Below are positions 12,401-24,970 of a DNA stretch of 64,000 bases, piece after piece. The notes below the pieces were generated by a model that saw only the letters and a list, made by a program, of their open reading frames with translations, was not told the DNA's origin and did not search any database. The stretch spans positions 1,052,906 to 1,116,905 of the forward strand of contig LSRY02000033.1 in NCBI GenBank assembly GCA_001643675.2, read 5' to 3'. Numbering within the stretch: the first letter of the stretch is position 1; every line of letters starts with the position of its first letter. Origin of the DNA: Monocercomonoides exilis PA203. Lineage: Eukaryota > Protista > Preaxostyla. The translations under genes and the position numbers were made by a program.

Positions 12401-15400
12401 CGCAGCGGAGGTAGCGACCAAGCACATCAACAGGAGCAACAACAACAGCAGCAGCAAAAGAGAAGTCAGCCGATTGTTGTGGATGTGCCGCTGAACTGGC
12501 CGATCTTCAGCTGCAATGCCCACTTCACAGCAGCTGCGGTGTCTGCCACGAAAGAAGTGCGTGTGAATGTGATGATTGCGAGCCACGTGGCCATTCCGCT
12601 GGAGTTTGAGACTGTGACACTTTTGTTCAACCACCCCGCACTCAACACAACACTCACAAATGAGCAGCTGGCTGAGCATTCTGTTTTGTACCAGGCACTT
12701 GCAGCGAGAGAAAAGCAAAACGAAAAGAAGACAGAGGATGGTGAGGGTGAAGGTGAAAACAGCAAAGGAAATGAAACCGGAAATGAAGTGTCTCATCACA
12801 GTGAGTCTAAGAATTCAATTAATAATTCATCTTCGTCTGATGATTCAGTTGTTCAGTCTTCGCATTCCTCGTCTTCTGGATTTGTTCTGCGTGATGTTTT
12901 GAAAGCGCTGACAGAACAATCTCTTTGGGCACAATTCAATCAGAACTGGACTTCTCTTGTGGACTCTTATCAACTGGGATCGCCTCATAAATCATCATCT
13001 TCATCATCAGAAACAACAGCTTCTTCCAAATCTTCTTCAAAAGCATCAAAAGCTTCTTCCAAGTCTTCTTCGGAGAGTGCTTCATCTTCGTCTTCGCCTT
13101 CATCCATCATTTCTCAAACTGATTCTCTTCTTCCACCTCCCGATGTGTCTGCTCCTCCACCCCTCACCTTTGAGAAGGAGTATCCTTTGGCCTTTTCTCT
13201 CTCCTTCACTCCGCCTCCATCGATGACACACTCCTCCATCTCTCTCACAGACATCCTCCTTTCTTTCCCCCGTCGCAATCCAAACGATCTGCCTGTCTCT
13301 TTTTCTCTTCGGCAGTTTCTTGCTGTGTCGCTTGACGATGACGAAGAGAGTGTGTTTGCATCGCTGCCTCATGTTGATGATGAAAGTGATGACAACACCA
13401 GCAGAAATGAAATAAATCAGAAGGGAATGTCAAACAATCCGTCTGCTTTGCTTGTTGAGAATCTTCTGCATCCACGTTGTCTTCTCCGTTGGGCAAGGCG
13501 CATTCAGCAGTTCTCTCCACACAGCCGACCGTCTCTTTTTGTGCTGCAGCCACCGGCGCCTGTGATGCTGAGTGCAGTTCATTCGACACCTGCTCTTGTG
13601 AATGAAGTGTGTGCAGTGTGTGTGCTGGCGAAGAGCAGAGGAGAAGGCGCAGAGAATGTGAGGCTGTGGATCAAATGGGATGGAGATGATGAGAAAACAG
13701 AGAAAACAGAGAAAGAGGAGAAAGAAGGAGAAAATGAATGTGCCAACGAGAATGGCAATGCAATTGAAGGATTTTGGCTGATATCAAATAGAAAAGAATT
13801 GAATGAAAAAGATGAATGCAAAGAAGACAGTGTCACATCACGCAATGCAGAAGATTCTTCTTCATCGTCTGAAGCACCGCAGTTCCATCCGATCACATCT
13901 GAAGGAATATTTCTCTCTTCAATTGCTGCTGACAGTTGTGTTTGTGTTGCGCTGCTTCTTCTGTCGCGTGTGCCATCGTCTGGCACTCTGACCATCGCAG
14001 CCACTGCCACACACCCTGCCCTGCCCTCTCTCCGTGCTGCTTCTGATCCTTTGATCATTCCTTTCTCATTCGTCTCTCCCTTCTGCCCTGTTTTCCGCCT
14101 CCACACGCCATCTGGATTCAGCGATCCTCTTCCTGTGCTTCCTGTGCCCACTCCAAAGGGTGTTATGTGGAGTGGAAGCAAATGGAAGATGAACAAGAAA
14201 GAAGACTCAAAATCAGTCTCACAAATTGCAGAAGGAAATGATCAAAATACAGAAGCTGTTGTGAAGATGTCTTCTTCTCTGTCAAAATCATCTGATTCGC
14301 AAATTGAAGAAGAGAGCGATTCCGAAGAGCAGCAGCACATCAAACAGGAAGTGAAGAGAGAGTATTCTGATGCAGACATTCTCGATTACTTTGGCTCTCC
14401 TCGTTTTGTCCGTCTTCCGCCCATTCCAAACTTTGACCCGACGATGCGACTTCCAACACTTCCTTCTTCTCCAGCTGATTTGGATTCCTCTTCTACGAAC
14501 ACATCCACTAGCTCATCCTCTTCCTCTTCCTCTTCTTCCTCTTCAACATCTTTGTCTTCTCTCTTTGCCTCCATTTCTCTTCCAGCAAATGAAGACATTC
14601 TGATGTGGGTGGGTCTCCCGTGCACTTCACCTCATCCGATCTCTCTTTTGAAGGTGGAATATTTGGAGCATACTTCTTCATCAGAAAATGGCAATACAGA
14701 AAATGCAGTTGATGATGATACAAAACCAAGTTATGTCAGATTGCTTGGTGCGAGTGAATATGATCCATCAACATTGTCATTCTCAGAAAAGGAATCTTCT
14801 TCTTCTTCTTCTTCTTCTTTTTCAGCAACATCTCTGAATCTCAACACCACTTTGGTTGAAGGCGAATGGTGCTGCTTTCTTCTTCTGCTTCGCTTCAATC
14901 AACCTGTCGACATGAACTCACTCGGCACTCTTCGCATCTTCTACAAAAGAACACAAATTCCTCTGTTCTCATTCCCTCATCAATCTGAAAGTATGTCGAG
15001 TTTATTTCTCTGAGAAAATATTTTTTTTTCCTGATTATTGTTCATTTATTCTTCAATTTTAAATTCAATATCATTATTTCCTTTTATTATTCAATTTGTT
15101 TTGTATTTGCATTATTGTTATGTATTTTTTTATTGAATGATCCATTTAGAATTGATGACTGTCCAACAGAAAGAGCAGTTCAGAGAACAACAGAGACAAA
15201 TCAGCTATCTTTCAAAGCGAATAGTTTCGCTCTTTGAGCGCCAAACGCCTTTAACTGTCAGCCTTCCACCAGCACACATCATCTTCCCTCCGCTTTCCTT
15301 CTCCTTCCCCACGTCTCTCTCCATCACCTCACTCAAAGACACCAATCGTTCCTCTTCTTCATCTCCAGCATCTGCCTCTCCCTCTTCAGCAGTCCATCAT

Positions 15401-16396
15401 TCGTCTCGCCATTTTGCCCAGCCGCTTTCTGCCTCCAAATGCCAGATTGTTGAGAGCATCCCCTTCACACACACCACCGTCCTCCACAACAACTCCCTCA
15501 GCGGAGTGCATGTCCTCCTCTGCTTAATGGAGACCTCTGGCTTCTTCGTGTCTGGCCCTCTTTCGAGACACATCTTCGTTCCTCCTCTTTCGTCTGTCAC
15601 ACTCTCCGTCAACTTGTGCCCTCTCACCGCTGGTCATCTGCTGCTTCCCCGCTTTCTGGCTGTGTTTGCCTATCCACCTCATTTTTACCCTCCCCTCTTC
15701 GTCTCCTCTTTTCTGGGCGCTCTTCCTCATCCTGCATCGCTTGCTCCATACAGCTCCTCTTCTGCACCACAATCGAGGCAAAGCCCGCAAGGCAGACCTG
15801 GTGGCTCAGGAATTTCTTCCCCTTTTTCTTTGCCTTCCAATCTTTCATCCACTTCTTCTGCCTCTCAGCAATCAAAGAAAGAGGAGTCCGACAAAACAGA
15901 AACATCGCTTTTTGCACATCGCACGACCTCTGCTGACGCGTATCCTTCTGTGTCTTCTCTTTCTTTGTATCACAAAACCATCCTCAGCCACGCAGCCCCT
16001 GATCCTCAACTAAACTCACGACTTCATCAGAATTCTTCTGCAACTTCTTCATCCACTATCAATCCCAACGCCACTCCTTTGATCTCATCACTTCTTCCAA
16101 CATCTCCTTATTCACTTCTTCCTTTCGATTCTCTTCCTTCATTTCCTTCTTCATCATCCTTGGCATCTGCTATTTCTTCTTCGATTCTTGATCCTTCTTC
16201 TTCATTCACTCCTCTTTTATCTCATCCACCACCTTTCACTCCAGACAATCAGACATTTACGTATCCAGCTCTAATTCACAAGCATCCTCATGTGACTCTT
16301 TTAATGAATAATCTTCCTCCTCATCATGTTCCTGCTGTTTTGTTGTCTCCAATGTCGCATTTGTTTGTTCTTCCTTTTGCTTCAAATCATGAATGA
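9482..16396 (+). CDS. TRAPPC11: TRAPP III complex subunit 11 (Foie gras/Gryzun), multi-exon, inflated by low-complexity inserts
   Basis: FPEAIRKRPVPLVFMIGL, GVLKSRWFEKHTKSIPSVIV, RYAIKRAFFMEILSDTTRAIKNY and C-terminal GFFVSG..VNLCPLTAGHLLLP match TRAPPC11 motifs. Joins ORFs 9383, 10973 and 15137 via GT-AG introns. Confidence 0.85.
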
Positions 16397-16563
16397 GTAA
16401 ATATTTTTTCAACTATATTTTTTTATCCCAAAAATTCTTGTGAAATAAAAGTGTTCTAGATTTTATTTTTCTTGTGAATTGAAATAATAAATCCAAAAGA
16501 TTTAACATTAAATGAGAGAAATAGATGAAGAATTGTAAAACAAAAATAAAGAAACAAGATTTT

Positions 16564-16987
16564 TCATTTCTTTGACTTAATTTTTCGACGATAATGATAC
16601 GGTTGGTGAGAAGGCTTGCTAAACAAATTAACTCCTCCATCATCTCCTTTTTTCTTTTGTTGAATGAAACTTTCATTGTATTGAAATGGAAGTGTTTCTT
16701 GTTCCTCAATTGCTTTATCTGGATATATGGAAAATTAACAAAAAAGAATTCAAAATTAAACAATGATTCAAACCCTTTATTTCTATATGCAGTTTTTCGG
16801 TTTTTTGAGTGATTTTTGGTGTTGATTTAGGTGTTTTCTTTGCGTGACTGACTTCCTTATTTGAAAATGTTTTTTTCATCTGTTTTATTTCTGCTGGTGT
16901 TAGCTTTCGCTTTTCTTGATAGCGCTCACTTAGAGATGTAACTTTAGTTGTGCTTTTCTTCGGTATTTGCGTAGAATTAACTTTCAT
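16564..16987 (-). CDS. Small Lys-rich hypothetical protein (~125 aa, 2 exons)
   Basis: ATG 16987. Intron AAGG|GTTTGA..CCAG|AT gives ..HIEIKDKAIEEQETLPFQYNESF..YRRKIKSKK* (TGA 16564-16566). Confidence 0.55.
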
Positions 16988-17423
16988 TAAAAATTATGTT
17001 GGGATTGACAATAAATTTTATGTCGTTAAGGAGAATTCTCGCATTTGTGAAAAATTCAATGATATGCTCCAATCTTTTCTGCTATCACATCATTATAATT
17101 TTTTCATTCTCGTGCAAAATTAAACTTAGAAAAGAAAAAAAGTTGAGAAAAATCTTTGAATGAACTATGTTGAACAAAATTCAAAAAGCAAAAAATTTTG
17201 TTCCATTTGTGAACAGTTTTAAATGGAAAAAAATTGATTGAGACAATATGCAAATTTTTGTATATCAAAATTTTTGATAAATTCTTATTGTTTTTGCGAT
17301 TTATTTAATAAAATGAGATTTAAATGAATAATCTTGTTGCATTGCATATGAATTTTTTTTGCAAACAAAAGAATCATTTTATTTATAAATCCAGAATGTT
17401 AAATAACTATTTTTTGAAAATTG

Positions 17424-17838
17424 ATGCAAATACAGATGTCGCATAAAATACAGGACATCGCACAAAATACTAAACAAGATCGATTTCACAACAACTGCAA
17501 GAGGAATAATTCTGACAGTATTCCTCAGAATATATCTCATCAATGCAAACTCAACTGATAAATGAGACTTTCATTCCGTTGGTTATTGAATATTTATAAA
17601 ATAATAATTGAAATCTTGGAGAAACTAAAAATCCTATTACTCCGAGATTTTAAAAATAAAATTTTTCTGAACATAAAGGAGGAAATTTTGAAAGTCTCGT
17701 TTATCAGTTGAGTTTGCATTGATGAGATATATTCTGAGGAATACTGTCAGAATTATTCCCCTTGCAGTTATTGAGAAATCGATCTTGTTTGGTATTTAGT
17801 GCGATGTGCGGGATTTTATGCAATATCTGTATGTGCAT
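17424..17838. repeat. Long inverted repeat (foldback/MITE-like): ~150 bp arms, ~115 bp spacer
   Basis: 17424-17573 is the reverse complement of 17689-17838. The inner ~80 bp is near-perfect (GGAATAATTCTGACAGTATTCCTCAGAATATATCTCATCAATGCAAACTCAACTGATAAA). Confidence 0.9.
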
Positions 17839-18083
17839 ACTGATTTTTTGTGCAATTTTTGTAATTAAAATAAAGAAATCATTTCACAAATAAATAGGTG
17901 ATTATTTTAGAAATCATCACTTTTTTCGGGATGTTTATCATAATGAAAATTTATTGTCATTTGCAAAATAATTTTCTTTCAAGTGTCAAATGTTTCTCTT
18001 TCGTTTCAAAAGAAAAAGTTAGATTAAAATAAGTGGGAGGTGCGTTTACAATAAGATCTATCAATTATTTTGGTTCATTATAG

Positions 18084-18127
18084 TATACCTCTGTGACCTG
18101 ACAAATAACTTGAAGCCTCGTCTGTCA

Positions 18128-18214
<87 letters not shown>

Positions 18215-18620
18215 TTTCATTTAAATTAATATTAAATAAACTATTGCTAAAACTTCCAAAGACTTTTCAAAGCACTATGGAAAAGATTCGTTGATAGCAT
18301 CTGTAATATCTTGTCGTTTTTTCTCTTTTGTCAGTGACCGTCAGTGACTGTCAATGACAATCACAGACTAATTGAGACAAAATTATTCCTCAATTGACAT
18401 TTCGTGTCAAACAAAATAAATATTGGGAACCCGATCATTTTATTTTAATTTTTGTTTTTTAAAAATAATAAGAATTATTTCATGAAGATTTTCAAATTAA
18501 TTATTATAGAAATTAAGAATTATGAAATCGTTATAAATAACCCTTTTTGACAAGTCATAAATATCTTGTCAGTCATTTTGTCATTTTTTCAATTTTCTCT
18601 TGTCATGTCACAGAGGTGTA
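18084..18620. mobile_element. Non-autonomous DNA transposon (MITE) with 8-bp TSD, hAT-like
   Basis: TIRs TATACCTCTGTGACCTGACAA / TTGTCATGTCACAGAGGTGTA. Direct repeat CATTATAG at 18076-18083 and 18621-18628. Many internal TGAC/GTCA motifs. Confidence 0.85.
18129..18213 (+). repeat. Poly(A) tract (~39 nt) followed by (TAA)n microsatellite, inside the MITE
   Basis: Directly visible. Confidence 0.95.
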
Positions 18621-19382
18621 CATTATAGAATATTCATAACAAATATTCAAACCGAAAATTTTGACAGAAAAAATCGGGATTAAAAAAAATCACTGAATTT
18701 TAATAACATATTTTTTTGTCAATAAATCTTTTTAATATATCATTTATTATTTATGCAAAAATTTTATGTAATTTTTCACACTTGAAGAAAAAAAAATGTT
18801 GTATCTTTAGCCTTTTGAAAAAATAAAAAAATTAAATTAATTAATTGTTCAAAAACAAATCATTCATTTTTTGGATATATATGAATAATATTTCTCATTA
18901 TTTTTAAACAATAAAACAAAACAAAACAAAATAAAATTAAAAAAAAAAAAAAAAAAACAATCTATGAAGAATTTGAATTTGAAAAAGAGAGATTTTCTTG
19001 TTTTTAATTTATAAAAAAAAATTATTCATTATAACTAGCTTTAAATAAAAAAGTTTAATAAATTTCTTTCAAACTACATTTGCAATTTGTTGAAATTTAA
19101 AAAAAAAAATTATAAAAAAAAAATGAATCGCTATTCTATCAAAATTTATAAAAATATTTGCAAAAGATACAAGGAACAATTTATTAGTTATAATAAAAAA
19201 TACTCAGTTTCGTCTCTGTTTCATTTAAATATTATTCTTTGCTACAGAGTCAATAAATTATGTGGAATCACTTTGCCTATATAACAAAACTATCTTTGAT
19301 AAATATAATTAAATTCATGCAAATATTATTTGGGGTTAATGTTCGTAATTTCAATTTGTTCAAAGCAATTTGCACATTGAAT

Positions 19383-22300
19383 TCAGCTAAGTTTTTTCCG
19401 ATTACTGGAACTGTGTTTCAGAGAAGAAGATGTTGCACGTTTTTTATCTTTTGAGATTTTTGATGAATGACGTTTTGATTTTTCTGTAATATTTGAGTTG
19501 TCAAATTTAACATTTTCTCCCTTAGGTGAAATTGAACGAGATTTGTGTGTTTTACTTTGTAAACTGTCTATTTCACGCTTATCCTGAATGTCTGAAAGAG
19601 GATTAACCATTGACAAACTCCGTTTCAGCTCGGAATGAATACTTGATAGTAATAATTCCTCTTTTTCCGCTTGTTTTGCTGCCTTCACTTCTGCATGTTT
19701 TATTTTCCTTTTCTGTTCTTCCTTTTCTTTTTCCATTGCTTCATATTCTTGTAAAGCATGCATTTCCTTAAGTCTTTGTTCAAATTGTTGCCGATAATGT
19801 GTTGAAACTTTATGCATTTAAGAATAATTATTGATAAGAATATTTTCATATTAAAAAACAAATATGAAAACAGAGTATTTGTTGCACTTAAAATATTAAA
19901 TTATTCAAACTTTCAAAGCGTTCTTTTTGCAAAGAATCTTTATGAAGCTTTTTCAAACGTTCCGTAACTTGATAAACCTCTTTCTCAAGTTGTTTTGAAC
20001 TTTCTTCTCTGATTTGTTTCTTAGGTTTGAAAAATTTATGAAACAACAAAAAAGAAAAATAATTCAAACTGAAAGTTCTTCGATTACAGAATTACGATAT
20101 CTTTCATGCTCCAAATGGATACTTTGCTCCCTTTCAACCATAAATTCGTTAGCCCTAATAAAAGCAGCTCGCATATCCTTAAAAACGAATGTTAAAACAA
20201 AAATTAGATTAATAATCAAACTTCAGAAAACATTGATTGATTTAGCGAATGCTTTATGTTTGATTGATGGAGTAATGTTTTATATTTTGCTGCTTCCCTT
20301 TTAAACTCTTAGAAAAAAATTGATTACAAAATAGAACGTTAATAAATACTTAAAACAAACTGTATATTAACTCCTCACTTTTCTGCTTGTATTTATGAAT
20401 CGCATCGTTTGTTTTCTGCTCGTAACTGATAATAATATATTATAAAAAATTAAAATGGGAAAAATAAGTAATTGTAAATGAAAAAAAAACAAAAATATTT
20501 GCATCAGCCGGGAATTGAACCCGGGCCCGGCGCGTGGGAGGCGTCGATTCTGCCACTATACTACTGATGCTTTCTTGAAAAACAAAACTTAAAATATAAT
20601 TTTTATTAATTATACCATTTTTCCACTTCGTTCAATCTTTCTTCTTTCTCTTTCATTATTTCTTCATATTCATTCTTCATTTTTGTTATTCTTTCAATCG
20701 ATTCTTTTTCTAATTGGCGAATGTAAACACGGTCTTCTTGAGTTGCCTTTTCAATTAGGATTGTTGACTTTTCGCGTTCTGCTTTCCTCATTGACTGATG
20801 TAAAATCTGTTCATATTCTTGTTGCTTGAATTATTTATCAATTGAATAAATAAAGTTTAATGCCGTTAAGTTCAATTACAAAATGCTTATACCATTTTCG
20901 CAATTCGTTCAACAAGCGAGTCAACTTCTCCTTGTAATCTTTCTCGATCAAATTTAAGTTCAATCAATTGAAGAGATTCAGGTGCAGCTTCAACTTTTTT
21001 CAGATGTTTTATCATTTCTTCTTTGGATGGAGAAGTTGTTGGATCAAGCTGAACATTTTTGTCATGATTTTCGGTTGTTGCTGTTTCTTCTTCTTCTTCT
21101 TCTTCTTCTTGGAATTCTTTCATAAGGTTCTCTGAAGAAATAGATTTTGAACTTAACTGCTGCTTAAGAACTGCTATTTCCATCTGAAGTCCTTGTCTCT
21201 CTACGGCGCACCTATCTTCCATCAGTTGAAGAGATCTCTGGATTCCATTTAACATTTATTGAAATATTAGAATTGAATTATAAATAATAATTAAATCTAT
21301 GCATAACAAAAATAATGAAATACTTTTGTTGCCATGTGAGAATTTAATCTAATTTTTGATATTTCTGTTTCTTTTTCATTAATCCGCCACTGATGCAGTT
21401 TAACTAACGCTTCAAGAGCTTTCCCAATCCTGAAATAAATTAAAAACAAAAATGGATTATTGTCTTATTCTTTTAACTATATAAAAAAACCTTTCTTCTG
21501 TCGGCTCAGCTGTATCTTTCGTCTCCAGCCATTCTGATAAGTTTTCAGGTGTTCGACGAGTCACACACTCTGTTGCTTTATTTGATTGTGAAACTTCGCT
21601 ATCTGTTTGCATTTGAGGTGCAGAAGATGAATAAAGAAGTTGAGTGACAGCTGCTGTTGTTCCTTTGTCAAGCACAATGAGATCTTTTGGAGTTATCTTT
21701 ATTTGACTCAGCGCATCTAAAGTCCGATGCCACACACGCAATAAAGCACGAACCATTGCTACACTTGTTGTAGATGCTGCAGAAGATTCCATCATCTTTG
21801 TTGATGATAATTGACTCATTGATGATGCGTTTATTTGTTTATCGGATCCTGAGTCTGTTTTGCATTCGTTCTGATTTGCATCTCGAATTTTCTGAAGTTC
21901 ATTTTGTAAATTAACGTTTTCTTTGCATGTTTTTGTTAATTCTTCGACTTTTTTGTCAAGTTCTGTTTGAAGGAAGTTGAGTTGATTTTTCAAAACATCA
22001 ATTTCGTTCCTTGCATCATTTCTTATTGGAGATGCAGGTGACAACGAAAGCGAATCCTCCAATTCTTCAATTGCACTCAACCCTCCATGCCTTTCTTCCA
22101 GCTCTTTTTCTTTCCTTATTTTTTCTTCCTCATCTTTCAGCTTTGCCTCTTGAATTTCTTTCAGCTGCTGTTCGAACATCTTCCTTGCTTCTTGTTCGCG
22201 TTCTGTGATTTGTTGAATTTCTCTTTCCTTTTCGTGCAGTTGTTGTTCGAACTGAATGACTTCTTGCTTTCTGCGCTCTCGTTCTCTCTCCACTTCCATT

Positions 22301-23279
22301 TTCCAGCCTTCAATTGCCCCTTGCATTTCTGTCTCAGTTAACATTTCATTTTTCATCTTCTCTTCAGAAAAAGCATCTTGAATCTTTTTTATTGATGTTC
22401 TGAGTTCATCGATCTCATTTTCTCTTTCAGCGATATTTTTTTCTCTTTGCTTAATTGCATCGTCTGCTTCCTTCAGTGAATCACGAAGTTTTTCAGAAAT
22501 TTGTCGTTCAACTTGTAGTTGACCTTCATAATTCATTCTTTGCTGCTCCAATTCTTGTTCCAATTTTCGACATTTTTCCTCTGATGCCAAAAATTGTTCT
22601 TGAACATGATTAATCTGACACAAAAATCAAATATGCATATAAATAAATTGTCAATGCAATGCTCAGTTTAAAATGTAAATACCTGTTCATCTTTTTCATT
22701 CAAAGTATTTTCTGCCTGCTTTATTCGAAGAAGCAGTGCCTCATTTACTCCTTGAAGAGCATTATTTTCTTTTTTATTCTCTTTAAGTTGTTCACTCAAC
22801 GCAAAAAAAGTACCCTGCACAGTAATTTGAGGTTTCAACTGGTTGTGTTTAAGTCCAAACGGTATTTTATCTCGAGAAACGCTTGAATTAGAAAATGAAT
22901 TAATTGTTTTCCCTGAATTTAGATCCGGAAGTAATGAAGGTATTTCTCCATGATACTTTGTCGCCATCATCTCTTTTGCCATAAGCTGCTCTTCGTTTTC
23001 ACGTTGCAACCTTTCCAAGGAGTTCAAGATTGATTTATCTTTGTTTTGTATTTTCATTTCTGTTGATGAATCAGAATAAGAATCAGATTCATCATCACTT
23101 TCATTATATAATGAATCTTTTTCTTTAAATGAAGATGCAAGTGATGGACTTTTTAATAAATGGCTCTGTTATTTTTTCATTAAAAAAGAATTATGATAAA
23201 TTGACAAACACTAAATTGAAAAAAATACCCTTGAAATTTGAGAGGAAATCGCACTATAAAATGATTCTGTCTCTGACAT
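19383..23279 (-). CDS. Multi-exon coiled-coil protein (possibly basal body/cytoskeletal)
   Basis: ATG 23279 MSETESFYSAISSQISR|SHLLKSP. ORFs 22668, 21457, 20887, 20606 and 19383 are heptad-rich exons linked by GT-AG introns. Confidence 0.7.
20500..20570 (-). tRNA. tRNA-Gly(CCC), located in an intron of the coiled-coil gene
   Basis: GCATCAG/CTGATGC acceptor stem, D-arm TAGTATAGTGGCAGAATC, anticodon loop CT-CCC-AC, T-arm CCGGG-TTCAATT-CCCGG, discriminator A, T-runs downstream. Confidence 0.93.
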
Positions 23280-23361
23280 TTCAAAAAAAATTTCTCCTTA
23301 AATTCTTTTACTTCTTGTTTTCTTTAGTTTAAAAAATTAAAAAATATAATATGGGTAAATT

Positions 23362-24783
23362 TCATCCTTCACTTGACTTTCCAAAAGTAGATAACTCCCG
23401 CACTTCATCTTCATCCAGATGCTCAGGAGCAAAAACAATAAATGAACAAAGAAGAGACGAATCAACTTTCATGATTGCTCCTCTGTTATCGTAGGTTCCA
23501 CAGTAATTAGGTGCAGAAAAAAGCGTAACAAGTCTGTTTTTCAACGAACAAAAACACAACATTTGTGTTTTACACACGTATCAAATAATGCAATGATTTA
23601 AAGAATAACCAGAAAATTGTCATTGAAATATTTTTAAAACAAAAAGCTATTTATCGATCGAGCAAACCTGTTATCAAAATGAAGATGAAAACCTTCAAGT
23701 GCAACTTCATGTGCTCGAACAAATAAATCAAAATTGTTTCTTAAAAGAAAATTTTGAAGAGCTTTACTTCCAAACAGGCATGAAGACCCTCTCATTGACA
23801 TTTCTGACCATAGATCAACTGTGCAATCGGGATCAGCCCAAACAAGATCAGATAGAAGACCTAAATGAAAAAAAATTCAAATTATAATAGCAAATTCATA
23901 AAGTAAGAGATGACTAATAACACATGCCGTGATCTGGTATGTCAGTTGGCCTTATAATATTTCGAATCTGATCGAGAGAATGTAACATTGGGGATAATCC
24001 TCCATGAGTACAGAATATTTTTTTTCCAATAATCTGTTTTTAAAAAGTTATATAGAGAAATAAAATTATGAGCGGATGCACATTTTTTTCCATTAAAAGA
24101 ATTAAAATTACAAAAAGATAACAATAACTCCAAACAGCACAAAGAGGAAGTGTATTAAAGCAATCTGTGAATGATTTCCAAAGGTTTAAAGTATATCTGG
24201 CTTTACCTGAATATAAAAAGGAGAATGTTTTATGTTTTAATAAGTAATATGAAAATAAGCATACATTCATCATAAAAACCAAAAACCCTTTGAACTATTG
24301 GACTTTCATGATTCCCTCTCAAAAGGAATACCCTATCAGGATATTTAATTTTATAAGCCAGTAGTAGACATATAACTTCGATGGATTGACGACCTCGATC
24401 AACATAATCTAAGTTAAAAATACATGTTTATAAAAGTCACTAAAAAACTCTTACTTACCTCCAAGAAACAAATATTTTGTATCCGGTGGAAATCCACCAT
24501 TCTCAAAAATTCTTAAGAGATCATAATATTGTCCGTGTATATCACCACAAATTGTGAGTGGATTAGTTAATTCAAGAAGAACGGGATCTTTCATAAATAA
24601 CTCTTTTCCAACATTTAAAAGACCTATATTGAATAAAACATATATGCAATGTTGATACGATAATTTTTAAAAACCAATTATTTCTTCTTCAGGCAACTCA
24701 ACATTAGGAGTTGGACGTTTATCTTTCACTGAAAGAAGCTTTTCTATTATTCTATCCACATGGGGGCAACCTTGCAAAGTCAT
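23362..24783 (-). CDS. PP1: Ser/Thr protein phosphatase 1 catalytic subunit (PPP family), multi-exon
   Basis: [59 protein letters not shown] at 24783. Confidence 0.93.
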
Positions 24784-24970
24784 TTTTAAATATAAATATC
24801 TTTTTCTTTTACGTATTTATTTTCGTATAACAATAAGAAATTACAATTTGTTTCGATCAATGCCCATGATAATAGTGGAAGGAGTTTTTTTACCCACAAT
24901 ATATTTACTTCAAACTTCAGAATCATTTTAGTGGATAAGTAAATTGTCATTTTTTCTATAGCTTTGACTT

